Shown here piece by piece: positions 62,486 to 64,000 of a stretch of 64,000 nucleotides of DNA. The notes beneath the pieces are model-generated. The model saw only the letters and a list, made by a program, of their open reading frames with translations. It was not told the DNA's origin and made no database searches. Position numbers and translations under genes: made by a program. Origin of the DNA: Cyanidioschyzon merolae (taxonomy: Eukaryota); the NCBI GenBank assembly GCA_000091205.1, contig AP006502.2, one strand, 5' to 3'. Each line of letters begins with the position of its first letter. Position 1 is the first letter of the stretch.

Positions 62486-63529
62486 ATGTCGAGCTTGTCA
62501 TTCTGTAAACAAAAGTTTCGAAGAAAAATCTCAGGATTCGACCAAAACGCGTATCTCGTAATTCCGTGGCAATCTGCCACGTCAAGAAGGTGCCTCGTTT
62601 CACTGGACTCCGCAGGAAGCGGTTGCTTTCAACCGCGCCCTAGCAACGGGATGCGACCTCTCACTCGTTTGGCTCGGTTTTGGCACAGAGGCTTCTGCGA
62701 GAAACGAACCTCACTGGTGCTTTGGAATGAACCCATAGAGCGTACCGTTGTCTTGACCCTGAACCGGCCGGAACGAGCAAACGCGCTTAGCGCCGAACTT
62801 GTCGAAGAGCTCAGAACGCACCTGCACCGCGTGCTCGAGCTGGCCTCTGCTCGTCCGGTGCGGTGTGTGATGCTTATTCTGGCATCAGCGCATGAACGCA
62901 TATTCTCTGCTGGTGCGGACTTGAAGCAACGAGCAGCCCAGAGCCCTGACCAGCAGCGCGACTTTACGCGAAGACTGCGCGAAACGCTGCAAAGCCTCGC
63001 AAAGTTGCCGTGCTTCACTGCTGCAGCGCTCCGTGGTGGTGCCTACGGAGGTGGACTCGAACTTGCCCTCGCGTGCGACTTTCGAATCGTTCAGGAGGGC
63101 GCGATCCTGGCACTTCCAGAAACTGGACTAGGAATTTTACCGGGAGCGGGCGGCACCCAACGACTTCCGCGACTCATAGGCGTTTCTCGGGCGAAGGAAG
63201 TCATCCTTCTGGGCCGTCGACTTGACGCCCGACAGGCACACCACTACGGACTCGTTAATGTGGTCGTTCCAGATGCCGATGCGGGAACAGCGGCAACGGA
63301 CAACACCCTGGAGGAAGCGCTGCAACTGGCTGCTTCTCTGCGGGAGCGCAGTCCGATGGCGCTCCAGTTGGCGAAACGAGCGATCGATGAGGGTATAGAT
63401 GCGAGTTCACTCGCCCGCGGTCTAGCGATCGAGGACAGCTGTTATGCGGAGACGTTTGGAACCAAGGATCGAGCAGAGGGTCTGCAAGCGTTTGTTGAAA
63501 AACGATCTCCGCGGTTTACCGGTGAATAA
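62486..63529 (+). CDS. AUH: methylglutaconyl-CoA hydratase (AUH-like enoyl-CoA hydratase/crotonase)
   Basis: VVLTLNRPERANALS..IFSAGADLKQRA..LPCFTAAALRGGAYGGGLELALACDFRIV..LPETGLGILPGAGGTQRLPRLIG..AKEVILLGRRLDARQA matches the crotonase fold. The C-terminus IEDSCYAETFGTKDRAEGLQAFVEKRSPRFTGE parallels animal AUH (..[29 protein letters not shown]). Confidence 0.85.
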   Translation: MSSLSFCKQKFRRKISGFDQNAYLVIPWQSATSRRCLVSLDSAGSGCFQPRPSNGMRPLTRLARFWHRGFCEKRTSLVLWNEPIERTVVLTLNRPERANALSAELVEELRTHLHRVLELASARPVRCVMLILASAHERIFSAGADLKQRAAQSPDQQRDFTRRLRETLQSLAKLPCFTAAALRGGAYGGGLELALACDFRIVQEGAILALPETGLGILPGAGGTQRLPRLIGVSRAKEVILLGRRLDARQAHHYGLVNVVVPDADAGTAATDNTLEEALQLAASLRERSPMALQLAKRAIDEGIDASSLARGLAIEDSCYAETFGTKDRAEGLQAFVEKRSPRFTGE

Positions 63530-64000
63530 GGGATGAGCTGGGATAACCAGAGGGGTTTTCTTCTCCGGTTGTAGCAGCGCACGTGCATGGCGACGCATGC
63601 GAATGCCCTGGTTCTTGTCTGGGAAGCGTACACGTCGGGCGCCCAGCGCTGCACTCGGTAGATTCGCAAGTCGTTTGGGCAACTTTTCATCCATTGGGGG
63701 CGTACCACTCCAGAATTCCTTCGTTTACGGTCGTCGCGGGTGCGTCTAGGAACGTGGTGTGTGATAGCGTGGCCCACATATCCGCATCTGAACGCGAACC
63801 CTCTTGTGTGGCTGTTGGGGAGCGCTCCCGTTCTCGGTGGCGTGCGCGCTTCTTCGCAGCATCAGAGGCTGTCGATGTATTTGCGTCGCGGGCTGGGAAC
63901 GACTGCTCCTTACATCCGAAGCGCGTAGGCGTGGCATCTTTAGAGGAGCACTCACAGGTTTTCAACTGCGAGTCCTAGTCTCGAGAAGAGACGCGATAGC

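Noticed and set aside
53223-63529. Reading the leucine-catabolism cluster as a bacterial liu operon from contaminant DNA
   Set aside because: The genes are on alternating strands with 0.4-1.5 kb spacers. They have eukaryotic presequences and AUH/MCCC-like termini. They share GC content and microsatellite insertions with the flanking E2F and plastid-protein genes.

Overview
This 64-kb window is GC-rich (about 58-60% by eye) eukaryotic nuclear DNA, most likely from a plastid-bearing alga. The evidence for that is a plant-type zeta-carotene desaturase, chloroplast ALB3 insertase, BASS and YGGT homologues, and two E2F transcription factors. Conserved enzymes of 600-900 aa are encoded as single uninterrupted ORFs, so the genome looks intron-poor. 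I count about 17 protein-coding genes on both strands and no rRNA, tRNA or CRISPR arrays. There are two interspersed repeat families, each present twice. Family A is a 4.9-kb element carrying a decayed Fanzor/TnpB-like (OMEGA-type RuvC nuclease) gene, with a TATA box and a lysine-rich N-terminus. Family B is a 1.9-kb element carrying only the tail of a Tc1/mariner-type DDE transposase. A third, independent TnpB-like remnant lies at about 49.1-49.7 kb. The last 11 kb hold a four-gene leucine-catabolism cluster: MCC beta, isovaleryl-CoA dehydrogenase, MCC alpha and methylglutaconyl-CoA hydratase. A peptide:N-glycanase gene runs off the left edge on the minus strand and is absent from the supplied ORF track. 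The ORF track accepts non-ATG starts, so many N-terminal extensions in it are probably spurious. All identifications below rest on remembered family motifs read from the sequence; no database search was possible.
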